This document shows positions 18,529 to 28,681 of a DNA stretch of 64,000 bases, piece after piece. The notes beneath the pieces were generated by a model, which saw only the letters and a list, made by a program, of their open reading frames with translations, was not told the origin of the DNA and made no database searches. The first letter of the stretch is position 1. Each line of letters opens with the position of its first letter. The stretch comes from Candidatus Latescibacterota bacterium. Lineage in GTDB: Bacteria; Latescibacterota; UBA2968; GCA-2709665. The stretch covers positions 3,424,001 to 3,488,000 of the forward strand of contig OZ252100.1 of the NCBI GenBank assembly GCA_965248435.1. The letters are read 5' to 3'. A program made the position numbers and the translations under genes.

Positions 18529-19665
18529 TCAGACTTCCAGCTGCTTGGGATAGGTCGTCAGGTTTTCGCACCCGGAGTCGGTGACGACGACGAGGTCTTC
18601 GATCCTTACCGCTCCCCGACCTATGTAGTAAAGCCCCGGCTCTACGGTGACAACGTGGCCTGACTGGAGTTCGGTGTCGGCCTTGCTTATGCGCGGGGGC
18701 TCGTGGATTTCGAGGCCCACGCCGTGGCCGGTGCCGTGAAAGAAGCCCTGCATCCGCCCTTCCAACTCGCCTGTACGAAACCCCCTGCCTTTAAAGAGGT
18801 CCATCACCGCACGATGGATCTCTCTTCCGTTTACACCCGCGCGAATGGAATCCAATGCGAGGTTCTGCCCTTCCAGGACGACATCGTAGAGTGTCTTTGC
18901 GTCCTCCTGGATCGGTCCCTTACCGACGGTCCGGGTGAGATCGCCGAAGTATCCGGTATGATCTGAGCGAGGGAAGATGTCTATGATGATCGGCAACCCG
19001 GCCTGCAGGGGGCCGGAACCCTGATTGTGAGGATCGCAGGCCTGGTCTCCACACGCCACGATCGTGTACCTCGCAGTGCACTCCCGTTCCAGCAGTGTGA
19101 GCGCGATCAACCGCTTGATCTCTTCCGAGGTGAGCAGTGCGCCGTTTCGGTAGAGCATGCCGTCCCGCACATCTGCCTCTTCGATGGCTGCGATCGCCAC
19201 CTCCATGGCGGCTTCCGTGTGCTGCTGCACCTGACGGATGTGCTGAATCTCCTCGGTGGTCTTGCACTCCCGTTCGGGAAAGAAAGGGCCCGGAGCAAAA
19301 CGAACGTCATACTCCGCATTTCGAAGGTAGTCCGTGGCCTCTATGGAAAAGGTTCGGGGGACGAGGAGACTTCGAACGTGAAGCTCCTGCAGGAGTGCAT
19401 CTAGGGCGGTGAACGGCGTCGGCTCCGCCGATTCGGACGGACGGGCCTGATCCAGATATCTGGTGAGGGAAAGGACGCGATCTACACGGGCGACGGCTCG
19501 CGCGCGATCCAGTTCCAGGTCCGACACGAGGAGAAGCTTCTCGGCTTCCGTTTCGATGAAGATAAAGGGGTCCGGGGCGAGGAACTTCGTCGCGTAGTAG
19601 AGATCGGCGTCCACTTCGCTCGCGGAGATAATGAGGCGAGCTTCGGCAGCTTGCAGGTCGGACAC
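18529..19665 (-). CDS. Xaa-Pro peptidase, M24 family
   Basis: IIIDIFP, GYFGDLTRT, FFHGTGHGVGLEIHE, TVEPGLY, VRIED. Confidence 0.93.
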   Translation of the reverse strand: MSDLQAAEARLIISASEVDADLYYATKFLAPDPFIFIETEAEKLLLVSDLELDRARAVARVDRVLSLTRYLDQARPSESAEPTPFTALDALLQELHVRSLLVPRTFSIEATDYLRNAEYDVRFAPGPFFPERECKTTEEIQHIRQVQQHTEAAMEVAIAAIEEADVRDGMLYRNGALLTSEEIKRLIALTLLERECTARYTIVACGDQACDPHNQGSGPLQAGLPIIIDIFPRSDHTGYFGDLTRTVGKGPIQEDAKTLYDVVLEGQNLALDSIRAGVNGREIHRAVMDLFKGRGFRTGELEGRMQGFFHGTGHGVGLEIHEPPRISKADTELQSGHVVTVEPGLYYIGRGAVRIEDLVVVTDSGCENLTTYPKQLEV

Positions 19666-19671
19666 GGGGGG

Positions 19672-21120
19672 CTACTCCGGAATCTTCATCGTGAGAAACC
19701 CGCGGCTCTTCCCTCGCCTGACCGAAAAGGCCGCATTCCGGCCTTTCTCAAGTCGACCGATCGCCGTGTTGAAATCCTTCACAGATCTGATGTCCTGTTC
19801 GAAGTTCCCCTGCCGAACCTTGAAGATGATATTCCCTGGCCGAAATCCCGCCTCGCGGGCAGAACCGGGGTCGACCTTTACGACGACGATCCCCTCTGTG
19901 TCACCGTCCAGGCTAAAGCGGCTTGCGGTTTCCGGCGTGAGGTCCTGGACAGTAATTCCGAGGTGTTCCTCTTCTTCGATCGGACTCTCCGGGGGAAGGG
20001 ATGCGCTTTCTGAGCTGGGCTCTCGCTCACCGAGCGTGGCTTCGACCGTCAACGTCCTGCTGCTGCGTCTCACCTCGAGGCTCACCTTGTCTCCCGGGTG
20101 TTTTCTCGCAATCAGGCTCTGAATCTGGTTAGGCCGGTTGACGGGCTGTCCATCGATGCTCAGGAGGATGTCTTCCGGCCTGAGTCCCGCAGTCTCGGCG
20201 GGCTCACCGACGACATCGACGACCAATACACCTTTCGGCCTCTTTAGTCCTACGGCATCTGCCACCGACGCATCCACCTGACGGAGGGACACGCCAAGGA
20301 ATCCTCTCCTGACATACCCGTGGGCAGCTATATCGTCCATGACTTTTTTGGCCAGGTTGATGGGGATGGCGAATCCATAACCTTCAAAGCGACCGGTCGA
20401 GGTTGCGATGGCGGTGTTGACCCCGACGACCTCACCTTTGAGGTTGACGAGCGGGCCCCCTGAGTTGCCCGGATTGATCGCCGCATCGGTCTGAATGAAG
20501 TCTTCAACGCCGAAGCCGTCCTGGATGATATTCAGATTGCGTCCAATCGCACTCACGATGCCTGAGGTGACGGTCGATCGAAAACGAATGCCAAGCGGGG
20601 CACCGACCGCAAGCACCCACTCGCCGATCTCTATTTTGTCTGAGTCCCCGATCCTGGCCGGCTGGAGGTTTTGCTCTTCGATCTTGATCACGGCCACGTC
20701 GGTCAAGGAGTCCGACCCGACGAGCCGTGCTTCGAATTCGCGATTGTCGTAGAGGAGTACAGTGATTACGTCTGCCTTGCCCGCGACGTGGTGGTTGGTC
20801 AAGATGTATCCATCTTCGGTCACGATGATCCCCGATCCCAGGCCTTCCCGCTGTCTTGGCGCGTTTTCGGGCATCCGGAAGAAGGGGTGAAACCTGGACC
20901 CCGGGTCGTCCCGCTCCCACGTTTCTGCGTCGAGGGTTTGCTTCGTACTGATCGTGGTTACGCTTGGTGTGATCTGCCTGGCGATGCTTGTAAACGCCCT
21001 GTTGAAGACTTGAAGCTGAGCCAGCCCCGCGTCTTCTTCGGCCCTCGCAGGGGTATGGCCGGCAAGCCACAAAAGGCAGACGCAGACCAGGTGAATCTGG
21101 ATTCGAGAGCGTCGGTTCAT
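19672..21120 (-). CDS. degP: DegP/Do-family periplasmic serine protease with two PDZ domains
   Basis: Signal peptide, GLGSGII, LTNHHV, TDVAVIKI, IQTDAAINPGNSGGPL, two PDZ domains. Confidence 0.93.
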   Translation of the reverse strand: MNRRSRIQIHLVCVCLLWLAGHTPARAEEDAGLAQLQVFNRAFTSIARQITPSVTTISTKQTLDAETWERDDPGSRFHPFFRMPENAPRQREGLGSGIIVTEDGYILTNHHVAGKADVITVLLYDNREFEARLVGSDSLTDVAVIKIEEQNLQPARIGDSDKIEIGEWVLAVGAPLGIRFRSTVTSGIVSAIGRNLNIIQDGFGVEDFIQTDAAINPGNSGGPLVNLKGEVVGVNTAIATSTGRFEGYGFAIPINLAKKVMDDIAAHGYVRRGFLGVSLRQVDASVADAVGLKRPKGVLVVDVVGEPAETAGLRPEDILLSIDGQPVNRPNQIQSLIARKHPGDKVSLEVRRSSRTLTVEATLGEREPSSESASLPPESPIEEEEHLGITVQDLTPETASRFSLDGDTEGIVVVKVDPGSAREAGFRPGNIIFKVRQGNFEQDIRSVKDFNTAIGRLEKGRNAAFSVRRGKSRGFLTMKIPE

Positions 21121-21246
21121 GAACGGTAAACTCCTTCTTGATATCGCAAGCTTTGCTCCACTTAAACAAATGTGGATAGGTTGGGCCCAGGATCCTGGGA
21201 AGTTTAACAGATGTGAGATGCCGAGGAGGCGATCCCGGACAGCGCT

Positions 21247-22797
21247 CTAGAGGTCGTACTGCTGAATTTTTCGATACAACGTGCGTTCGGGCATATCGAG
21301 GAGTTTTGCGGCCTTCTTTCGATGTCCGCCGGTCGTCCTGAGGGCGAGTGCGATTGTCTCTCGTTCGACCTCTCGGAGGGGTTTAACCTGTTTGTGCATA
21401 GACACGGAGGAATCGGCCTCTTTGTACTCTACCTCCGTGCCCCTTTCGGGAAAGGAAGGCGCATCGGAGGCGTAGACCGGCAGAGACTGCACCTCTGTCC
21501 TGGCGCCCTTCAGGAAGGCCTTCAACTCCTTTACGTCACGTGCCACCTCGAGGATCGCCCAGTAAAGGAGGTCTCGCTGAGATTCCTCAGGCGTTTTGGA
21601 CAGGTGAATCGGGAGGTTCGGCACGGCCTCGCCCAGAGACACATTCCCGTCGAGATCCTCGAGATGTCCAACGACGTCATCTCTTCCGATCTGGCGCTTT
21701 ACCGAGAGGATCATCAGGCGCTCGACCAGGTTTTTGAGTTCACGCACGTTGCCGGGCCAGTTGTAGCCTTGGAGCGTTTCGAGGGATTCGCTATCCAGTT
21801 CGATTGGAGCTACGCCGTGCTCCTTGTGATACAGCTCGACGAAGTGTTGGATGAGGATCGGGACGTCTTCCGGTCTCCTCCGCAGTGGAGGAATGGAGAT
21901 CTCCACAACCTTGAGCCTGTAGTAAAGGTCTCTGCGGAACCCGCCATCTACGACGGCTTGCTGGAGATCTCTGTTCGTGGAGGCGATCAACCTCACGTCG
22001 ACTTTTCTCGCCCGCGTGCTGCCTAGGCGGGTGATCTCGCGGGCCTCGAGCACCCTGAGGAGTCGGACCTGGGCCGAAGGGGACATTTCTCCGATTTCGT
22101 CGAGAAAGACCGTCCCGCCGTTTGCCGCTTCAAAGATACCCTGGCGGTCGGTCCGCGCATCGGTAAAGGCCCCCTTTTCGTGACCGAACAGTTCGCTCTC
22201 CAACAGGGTTTCGGGAATTGCGCCACAGTTGATTGTCAGGAAACGCGCATCCCTTCTTGGACTCGATTCGTGGATGACCTGCGCGATCAGGTCCTTTCCG
22301 GTCCCGCTTTCGCCGGTGACGAGCACACTGACAGGGGTCGGGGCGATCTGGCCGATCGTCTCCCAGATCTGTCGAATCGCCTCTGACCGACCCAAAATCC
22401 TGGACTCCCTGTCGTGGAAGCGGTTCGTCTCGAATCGCCGGAGGGTTTCTGCAAGCTGGCTGGCGTCGAACGGGTGGTCCAGGATCGCACTGGGTTCGAG
22501 TCCCCGAAGATCCGCCTTTTCGCCATTCTGGGCTGACAGGACCAGGAGCGTGGTCTTGTCGGACACGGATTTCAGCGGGCTCGAGAGGTGGAGGGAGGCA
22601 TCGGCCAGATGCTCTCCGTCCAAAACGAGAAGGTCGATGTTCCCACGCTTCAGCAGTTTTTTCGCCGGCATCACGTTGTTCGTTGCGACCGTTTCCCACC
22701 CCTGAGCCTCGAGTTGGGTGCGCAGGGATCCGATCAGATCCTGGGCCTCAGAAATGATGAGCGCGTTCCGTTTGGATTTCGTCGTCTCGGATTTCAT
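21247..22797 (-). CDS. Sigma54-dependent transcriptional activator with degenerate receiver domain and Fis HTH
   Basis: GESGTGKD, ESELFGHEKGAFTDA, FLDEIGE, FRRDLYYRL, WPGNVREL, C-terminal TLYRKI. Confidence 0.93.
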   Translation of the reverse strand: MKSETTKSKRNALIISEAQDLIGSLRTQLEAQGWETVATNNVMPAKKLLKRGNIDLLVLDGEHLADASLHLSSPLKSVSDKTTLLVLSAQNGEKADLRGLEPSAILDHPFDASQLAETLRRFETNRFHDRESRILGRSEAIRQIWETIGQIAPTPVSVLVTGESGTGKDLIAQVIHESSPRRDARFLTINCGAIPETLLESELFGHEKGAFTDARTDRQGIFEAANGGTVFLDEIGEMSPSAQVRLLRVLEAREITRLGSTRARKVDVRLIASTNRDLQQAVVDGGFRRDLYYRLKVVEISIPPLRRRPEDVPILIQHFVELYHKEHGVAPIELDSESLETLQGYNWPGNVRELKNLVERLMILSVKRQIGRDDVVGHLEDLDGNVSLGEAVPNLPIHLSKTPEESQRDLLYWAILEVARDVKELKAFLKGARTEVQSLPVYASDAPSFPERGTEVEYKEADSSVSMHKQVKPLREVERETIALALRTTGGHRKKAAKLLDMPERTLYRKIQQYDL

Positions 22798-22802
22798 GTC
22801 GA

Positions 22803-23510
22803 TCAGTGCGGTTGGTCCCTGTCCAGCCCGACAATGAGGAGGTCTTTGTTCTTGTGGACGATGTAGCCCTGGTTTTCGAGCCGCTTGAGCACGCGCGAAA
22901 CCGTTTCACGCGTCGTGCCTGACATGTTTGCCAGGTCTTGATGTGTCGGTCGATTTCTTATCAGGACCCCGTCGGGGGAGGGCACACCCTGATCTTCTGC
23001 GAGCTGCAGCAGGGTTTGGGTAATCCGCCCTGTGACGTCCGAAAGGGCAAGGCCTTCTATCTTTCGGTCGGTCTTTCTGAGGCGGCCGGCGAGCACCGAG
23101 AGGAGTTTTATCGCGATTTGCGGCGTATTCATGACCAGTCTCAGAAAGTCCGCCCGCCGGACCATCAAGAGATCTGTTTCCTGCATCGTCGTCACGTTGG
23201 CCGAACGGGGATGTCCATCGAGCAAGGACATTTCGCCGAAGAAGTCGCCTTCGGCAAGGATAGAAAGGATGACTTCACGTCCGTCTTCGCTCACGATGCT
23301 GACCTTGACCTGACCCCTGGAAATGACAAAAAGGGTGTCGCCTTCGTCTTCGGCCATGATTACGACCCGGTCTTTTGGAAAGACCCGGGACAACGCCACG
23401 TCCGACAGCGCATCGAGCTCCTCATCGTTGAGTGCTTCGAAGAGCGTGACCCGTTTCAGAAGCTCCTTACGTGTGGGCATCTTCCCTCCGGAATTGGGGG
23501 CTGGATTCAC
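22803..23510 (-). CDS. Crp/Fnr-family transcriptional regulator
   Basis: cNMP-binding GDFFGEMSLLDGHPRSA; HTH THQDLANMSGTTRETVSR; start may be ATG 23480. Confidence 0.93.
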   Translation of the reverse strand: MNPAPNSGGKMPTRKELLKRVTLFEALNDEELDALSDVALSRVFPKDRVVIMAEDEGDTLFVISRGQVKVSIVSEDGREVILSILAEGDFFGEMSLLDGHPRSANVTTMQETDLLMVRRADFLRLVMNTPQIAIKLLSVLAGRLRKTDRKIEGLALSDVTGRITQTLLQLAEDQGVPSPDGVLIRNRPTHQDLANMSGTTRETVSRVLKRLENQGYIVHKNKDLLIVGLDRDQPH

Positions 23511-23644
23511 GGACCCGACGTATCAACGTCACTATCATAGGGGCTCAGAGAATCCAAAGGGATGAAAATCGGTCGGTCAGACCGACCGATTCCTTCGTGG
23601 GGTGCTGTTACGATCTCGAGCACGAATGATGACAGCTCAGCGAA

Positions 23645-26600
23645 CTATTCGCCCTTCGAGCGTTTCTCCAAGTCTTGGATCCGATTCTGTGCGTGCACGC
23701 CGAAATCGCTGGCTGAACCGAATCGATCTTGTATTTCTTCCAGTTCCTGAATCGCCAGTTTGTAGTCGCCCTGGGCTTCGTAGCTTTCCGCCAGACCATA
23801 CAGGGCGCTCGCCAACCAGTTGGCGCTGCCTTTGAACTTGTAGCGGAGTTTCAAGAATTCCCTTCTCGCGCTCTCGTGCGCTCCCATCTTGAGGTAGCAC
23901 TGGGCGATCGTGTATTGGACGCTGGACCACTCGTTCTCATCGAGGTCACGAAGCTGGGGTGTTAACTGCTCGATGGCCTGCTCGAAGTTTCCGTTTCTGT
24001 GAAGCATATCTCCGATGTTGATTCGCGCGTCTTTGGCATTCTTGTGATGAGGGAATTCCTGCACGAGCTGGCGCGCATAATCGATCGCGGTGCTGTAGAG
24101 TTTCAAGTTGCTGTGGACTTCGGCAAGTTTACCGAGGACGAGTGGCTTCTCCTCCTCGGCAAGCCCATTGCCCAGGGCCTTCTGGTAGGCCCTTGTGGCG
24201 CTGGCGAAATCTTCATCCTTGTAGTAGAGGTCGGCGAGTTCGAGCGTTGCACTCGACCAGTGTTGATTCTTGGGGTGGCGATTCACGAACGAAAGCAGCG
24301 CTTCGAGATATTCTTCCGCCTTGCCCGCCCTGTGGAGGGCGCGAATCTGATAATAGCGTGCTTCCGCGATGGCCTTCGTGCCTGGATAGCGTTTGATGAC
24401 AGCCTTGAAGACCTGATCGGCCTTCTTGAAATTGCCCACCTTGAGGTAGTGCTTCCCCTCTTCAATGTCAAAAAAGGCAAGCCATTGATCGGCATCCTTG
24501 TATGCCTTTCTGAACTTCTTGACCCCTTTGCGCGCCTGCTTGATCTGTGCGAGGTGGAAGTGGCTCAAGACCTCGTGAGCGGCAACGGTCTGCGTTCGAG
24601 CCGCTGGGGGGATCTGTCGGTAAACGGAAAGCGCGTTTCCATACTCCCCGGACTGAAAGAGCAGGTTTCCAACGGTGCGTGTCGCTTCCTCTTTGAGCGG
24701 ACTGTGAGCGAACTTTACGGAGAACTCTCGGAAAGCGCCGATGGCCTCGGACGTGCGGTTCAGATAAGAAAGGAGCTCGGCTCGCACGAAGGCCACGCTG
24801 TCCACGTCCGCGGCTGCGGGAAAGGTGCGCGTGTAGACGGAGTAGGCCTCGATCGCTTTGGCCTCCTGGCCAGATTCCTGATAGGATCGACCGAGTCTCC
24901 GGAGGAGGGTGGGGTCCTCTCCCTTCGAGAGGAGTGCGCTGTAGATCTCAATGGCCTTCTCATAATCGCCCGATCGAAAGTAACACTCTGCCAGCAATGT
25001 TCTACTGGATCGCCCGAGCAAGAGGGTCGACGGCGCGTTTAGCAGCTCTGAGAATTCCTCGGCAGCGCTTCTATGGTAACCCCTATCGAGTAGAATGCGA
25101 CCGAGTTGAAATCGAGCGTGGTCGGCCAGGCTGCTTTGGGGGAACGCGAAGAGAAAGTCACGCAGCGCTTCTTCGGCTTCTATATAGTCCCCGGAGCGCG
25201 CAAGGCACAGCCCGATGCCGTAGTGGGCCTGTTCGAGATGCGGGCTCTGTGGAAAGCGTTCGGTGAGGTCGCGATAGGCCTTCAGCGCTTTCCCATAATG
25301 TGACGCGTCTGTTTCCCCGAGCAGGAAGTGGCCTTCGGCCGTTCCGAGGAGGGCGGCGTCCAGGCGGTCACTCTTTGGATAGGTTTCCTGAAACCCCTGG
25401 TAGGCTTCGAGCGTACGGACTGCACGCGTCGTGTCGGGTTCCAGGTCGGCCAGCTCGGCACCGATCAATCCCAAGGCGGCATCGTCGCCCCACTCGCTCT
25501 CCTGAAAGTTGGAGACGACGTCCCGATGCGCGGACAAAGCGAGAAGAAGGTATTCGTCGGCCTTTCCCCTTCGTCCTTCGAGCCTGGCCCTGGATGCGAG
25601 TTTCTGATAACACTTGCCGAGCAGAAGCCCGGCCTCCGGGGCAAAGGGAGGAGGCGTGTCGCCCGACAAAGAAGCCAACAGGCGCTGCGATGCGAGCTGA
25701 TAATCTCGTCGCTCGTAGAGAAACCGTCCGATCATAAATTGCGCGTGTGCATCTCCGGAAAGGGCCGGGAGGTTCGTGAGCAGTTCGAGAAGGCCTTCCG
25801 GCAGAGTGCCTCCGCCGTGGGGGGCGAATTCTCGGAGAATCTTGATCCGCGTTTCTGCTTCGGCCGCTCGATCCCCATCCGGATGGTGCGCGAGGTAGTT
25901 CCTGTATTCGCGAATGGCGAAGTTGGGATGCCCCATCTTTTCAAAGGTCGCCGCGAGCCCGAATCTGGCCTGGGAAGCGTAGGGTGCAGACGCCCCCAGG
26001 AGCTGCTCGTAGCTTCTCACCGCGTGATCGTACCAGCCAAGATGCCGTTCCTGGATCGCTGCGATACGAAGCCTTGCAAGGGCCTTCATTTCAGGATCGG
26101 TCACGCGATCTTCGTAGTTTCGGTATGCGGTGAGGGCCTTTTGTGGCGTTCCGACATCGCGCCAGAGGTCACCCATCTCTTTGAGGGCTTCCGTTGCCGT
26201 CGGGCTACTCGGAAACTCTTCGCGGAGGCGCTTGAAGGCCTCCAGTGCGCTCCTGAAGTCGCGCAAATCGGCATAGGCGCAGCCCAACCCCAACCAGGCT
26301 TCCGGAGCAAATGGGCTGGAGGGGTAGACTTTGAGAAATTCCCCGTATAGCGTACGGGCCTCAGCGTTTTTCCCCATCTTTCTGAAGACGTCGGAAAGGC
26401 CGAGAACGGCCTGCTGGCGGCGCTTGTTTCTGGGCAGTGCCGAGCGGGCCTCGGCGTAGATCTGGGCCGCCCTCTGCCAATCTTCCTGCGCAGAGAACCA
26501 GCGTGCGCGAACAAGGTAGGACCTCTCCGCGGAAGTGCTCTTCGGGAAGTTCTTCCTTAGCTGCGAAAATACACGCTCAGCCTCGACAAGGTCCTGCCTG

Positions 26601-27283
26601 GCGAGGGCCAGTTCCCCGATCTGGAGGAGCGCGTCCGGTTTGCGTTCCGTCGTTCCCTGGAACTCACTGAGTGTCTGAAACTGGTCGAGTGCCTCCGTGT
26701 GGCGATCCGCCTGGAGCAGGACGAGTCCGAGATTATAGACGGCTTCGTGGAAGAGGGGTGTTCCGGGGTATCGGTCGATCAGCCTGCGAAAGGCGGATCC
26801 TCCACTATCGAGGTCTCCGCCCTTGTGGTAATTATAGCCTGCTGAAAGGAGGTCTTGAGCGGCGTACTCACCCGCGGGGAATGCGTCGTGCACCTCTTGG
26901 AAGGCCGCACCGGCTTTGGTATATTGACCGAGCCTCACGAATGACTGGGCCTTGCGACGCATGGCGCTCGCGACCTGCAGATGCTTGGGGAACCTGTCCA
27001 CAAAGTCGGAGAAGACCTGGACGGCCTCGGGATAAGACTCACCCTGGAAGTGAGATTCGGCCAGGCGGAAGATCGCTAGAGGAAGCCTCTCGCTCGTCGG
27101 AAAGTTGAGGATGAATCGCCTGAATTCTTGTGCCGCATTGACATACGATGCATCCTCGAACAGCCTCTGGGCCAGCTCGAAGCTGTCTTTCTCATCCTTT
27201 GGGCCCTGGGCCACCAGCGCCGGGTTCAGGGCCGTAAAGAAGAGGAGTCCAGCAAGGCCCAACGAGCTCAGAAATTGGGGCAT
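23645..27283 (-). CDS. Large exported tetratricopeptide-repeat protein (1212 aa)
   Basis: Signal peptide; many TPR pairs with (Y/F)P.S...A linkers of BamD/CpoB type. Confidence 0.9.
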   Translation of the reverse strand: MPQFLSSLGLAGLLFFTALNPALVAQGPKDEKDSFELAQRLFEDASYVNAAQEFRRFILNFPTSERLPLAIFRLAESHFQGESYPEAVQVFSDFVDRFPKHLQVASAMRRKAQSFVRLGQYTKAGAAFQEVHDAFPAGEYAAQDLLSAGYNYHKGGDLDSGGSAFRRLIDRYPGTPLFHEAVYNLGLVLLQADRHTEALDQFQTLSEFQGTTERKPDALLQIGELALARQDLVEAERVFSQLRKNFPKSTSAERSYLVRARWFSAQEDWQRAAQIYAEARSALPRNKRRQQAVLGLSDVFRKMGKNAEARTLYGEFLKVYPSSPFAPEAWLGLGCAYADLRDFRSALEAFKRLREEFPSSPTATEALKEMGDLWRDVGTPQKALTAYRNYEDRVTDPEMKALARLRIAAIQERHLGWYDHAVRSYEQLLGASAPYASQARFGLAATFEKMGHPNFAIREYRNYLAHHPDGDRAAEAETRIKILREFAPHGGGTLPEGLLELLTNLPALSGDAHAQFMIGRFLYERRDYQLASQRLLASLSGDTPPPFAPEAGLLLGKCYQKLASRARLEGRRGKADEYLLLALSAHRDVVSNFQESEWGDDAALGLIGAELADLEPDTTRAVRTLEAYQGFQETYPKSDRLDAALLGTAEGHFLLGETDASHYGKALKAYRDLTERFPQSPHLEQAHYGIGLCLARSGDYIEAEEALRDFLFAFPQSSLADHARFQLGRILLDRGYHRSAAEEFSELLNAPSTLLLGRSSRTLLAECYFRSGDYEKAIEIYSALLSKGEDPTLLRRLGRSYQESGQEAKAIEAYSVYTRTFPAAADVDSVAFVRAELLSYLNRTSEAIGAFREFSVKFAHSPLKEEATRTVGNLLFQSGEYGNALSVYRQIPPAARTQTVAAHEVLSHFHLAQIKQARKGVKKFRKAYKDADQWLAFFDIEEGKHYLKVGNFKKADQVFKAVIKRYPGTKAIAEARYYQIRALHRAGKAEEYLEALLSFVNRHPKNQHWSSATLELADLYYKDEDFASATRAYQKALGNGLAEEEKPLVLGKLAEVHSNLKLYSTAIDYARQLVQEFPHHKNAKDARINIGDMLHRNGNFEQAIEQLTPQLRDLDENEWSSVQYTIAQCYLKMGAHESARREFLKLRYKFKGSANWLASALYGLAESYEAQGDYKLAIQELEEIQDRFGSASDFGVHAQNRIQDLEKRSKGE

Positions 27284-27492
27284 CAGATTCTCTAAAGGGT
27301 TAATATTTTCAAAATTTTACGCTGGTTATCGGGCGTACGACCGATCAACTCCAATTTAGAATATTTGTGGATGACGGTCAATCTATAATTTTTGAATGAG
27401 CCCCCTTACGATCAAGGCTCATCAGCGAAAGACCCACGCTATGTGACCGAGCTTGCTCGGTCTGCAAGTTTGGCAGAATGAGAGGGGAATAT

Positions 27493-27572
27493 CGTATCTC
27501 GCATCTCGTGAAGCGTATCTCGTCGGATGTATTCCGGGATGGAATGATACGGAATACGAGATACGAGATACG
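27493..27572. repeat. Inverted heptamer array (CGTATCT)n...(ATACGAG)n forming a long imperfect hairpin
   Basis: Left arm CGTATCTCGCATCTCGT (27493-27509), centre ATTCC-GGGAT-GGAAT, right arm ATACGAGATACGAGATACG (27554-27572). Confidence 0.75.
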
Positions 27573-27621
27573 GTGTGATGGTATATGATGAGTCGAAATC
27601 AAGTTGATAGGAAGGGGACCT

Positions 27622-28488
27622 ATGCAGGTCTTCACTGAAAAGGCTTACGCGAAGATCAACCTGGGACTGAAGGTACTCAAGCGAAGACCGGACGGCTACC
27701 ACGACATCCTATCCGTTCTTCAGACGGTCGACCTTTCAGACAGCTTGACGTTTGAACCGGCCGAAGGGGGCGCCATTGAGGTCGTGTGCGAGGACAGACA
27801 CATCCCTGCTGGGCGCGGCAACCTGGCCTATCAGGCCGCAGAGGCCATGCAGGCGGCGTGTCGCGAGCAGAAGGCTCGAGGGGTACGCATCGATCTGAGA
27901 AAGCAGATTCCAGTTGGCGCGGGTCTTGGAGGAGGGAGTTCCGACGCCGCGGCTGTGCTTCTTGCTCTTGACCGAGCGTGGGAATTGAACCTGTCGCGAG
28001 ACGAGCTGGGCGCGATCGCTCTGGGACTCGGCTCCGATGTTGGTTTTTTCTTGCAACAGGGTACGGCGATCGTGTCGGGGAGGGGTGACAAGATGAGGTA
28101 TGTTCAGTGGGATGGGGAGTTCACCTACCTGCTGGTCGATCCCGGTTTCCAGATTTCCACAGGGTGGGCTTATGATTCTTTGAAAATTGAGTTGACAGCA
28201 GAGCCGCTGTACGTTACGTTTCTGAACTCTGTAAAAAATCGAAGACGATTACCACCGGCTACCCTGTTTGAATGTCTGGAAAACGATTTTCTCCCCCTCG
28301 TCGAATCGTCTCATCCGGAAGTGAGGGGGATTCTGGACGCACTCGAATCAGCAGGGGCACTGGTTCGCTCTCTTTCCGGAAGCGGCTCGACGCTCTATGG
28401 TGTATTTAGTGAGGGTGGGCAGGCCTCTGAGGCGGGCAGGCGTCTGAGACAGGTCGGTTATCGGAGTTTTCTCTGCCGCGCAGTGTAG
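27622..28488 (+). CDS. ispE: 4-diphosphocytidyl-2-C-methyl-D-erythritol kinase
   Basis: AYAKINLGLKV..RRPDGYHDI, KQIPVGAGLGGGSSDAA, LGSDV, ND, LSGSGST. Confidence 0.96.
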   Translation: MQVFTEKAYAKINLGLKVLKRRPDGYHDILSVLQTVDLSDSLTFEPAEGGAIEVVCEDRHIPAGRGNLAYQAAEAMQAACREQKARGVRIDLRKQIPVGAGLGGGSSDAAAVLLALDRAWELNLSRDELGAIALGLGSDVGFFLQQGTAIVSGRGDKMRYVQWDGEFTYLLVDPGFQISTGWAYDSLKIELTAEPLYVTFLNSVKNRRRLPPATLFECLENDFLPLVESSHPEVRGILDALESAGALVRSLSGSGSTLYGVFSEGGQASEAGRRLRQVGYRSFLCRAV

Positions 28489-28551
28489 GAAACGGGAGCC
28501 CTCGCTAGAAGACGAGCAAGATATGGTGGGGCCGGTCGAAATCGATTGGAT

Positions 28552-28622
28552 TGCCGGGTCGTCTAATGGCAAGACCGCGGCCTTTGGCGCCGTTAATCGG
28601 GGTTCGAATCCCTGCCCGGCAG
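28552..28622 (+). tRNA. tRNA-Gln (anticodon UUG), CCA not encoded
   Basis: Acceptor stem TGCCGGG/CCCGGCA, D arm GTCT-AATGGCA-AGAC, anticodon arm GCGGC-CTTTGGC-GCCGT, T arm CGGGG-TTCGAAT-CCCTG; usual position after ispE. Confidence 0.95.
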
Positions 28623-28681
28623 GTCCTACTGTTCCGGCAGCTTTCGAAGGAAGGCTGCCGATTAAGCCCTGGGATGTGGAA

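Noticed and set aside
21146-21160. Sigma54 promoter for degP (minus strand TGGAGCAAAGCTTGC)
   Set aside because: GG-N10-GC spacing fits, but the implied start site would fall inside the SD and the -24 box is poor
28523-28681. N-terminal extension of rplY
   Set aside because: Overlaps tRNA-Gln; family similarity starts at ATG 28682
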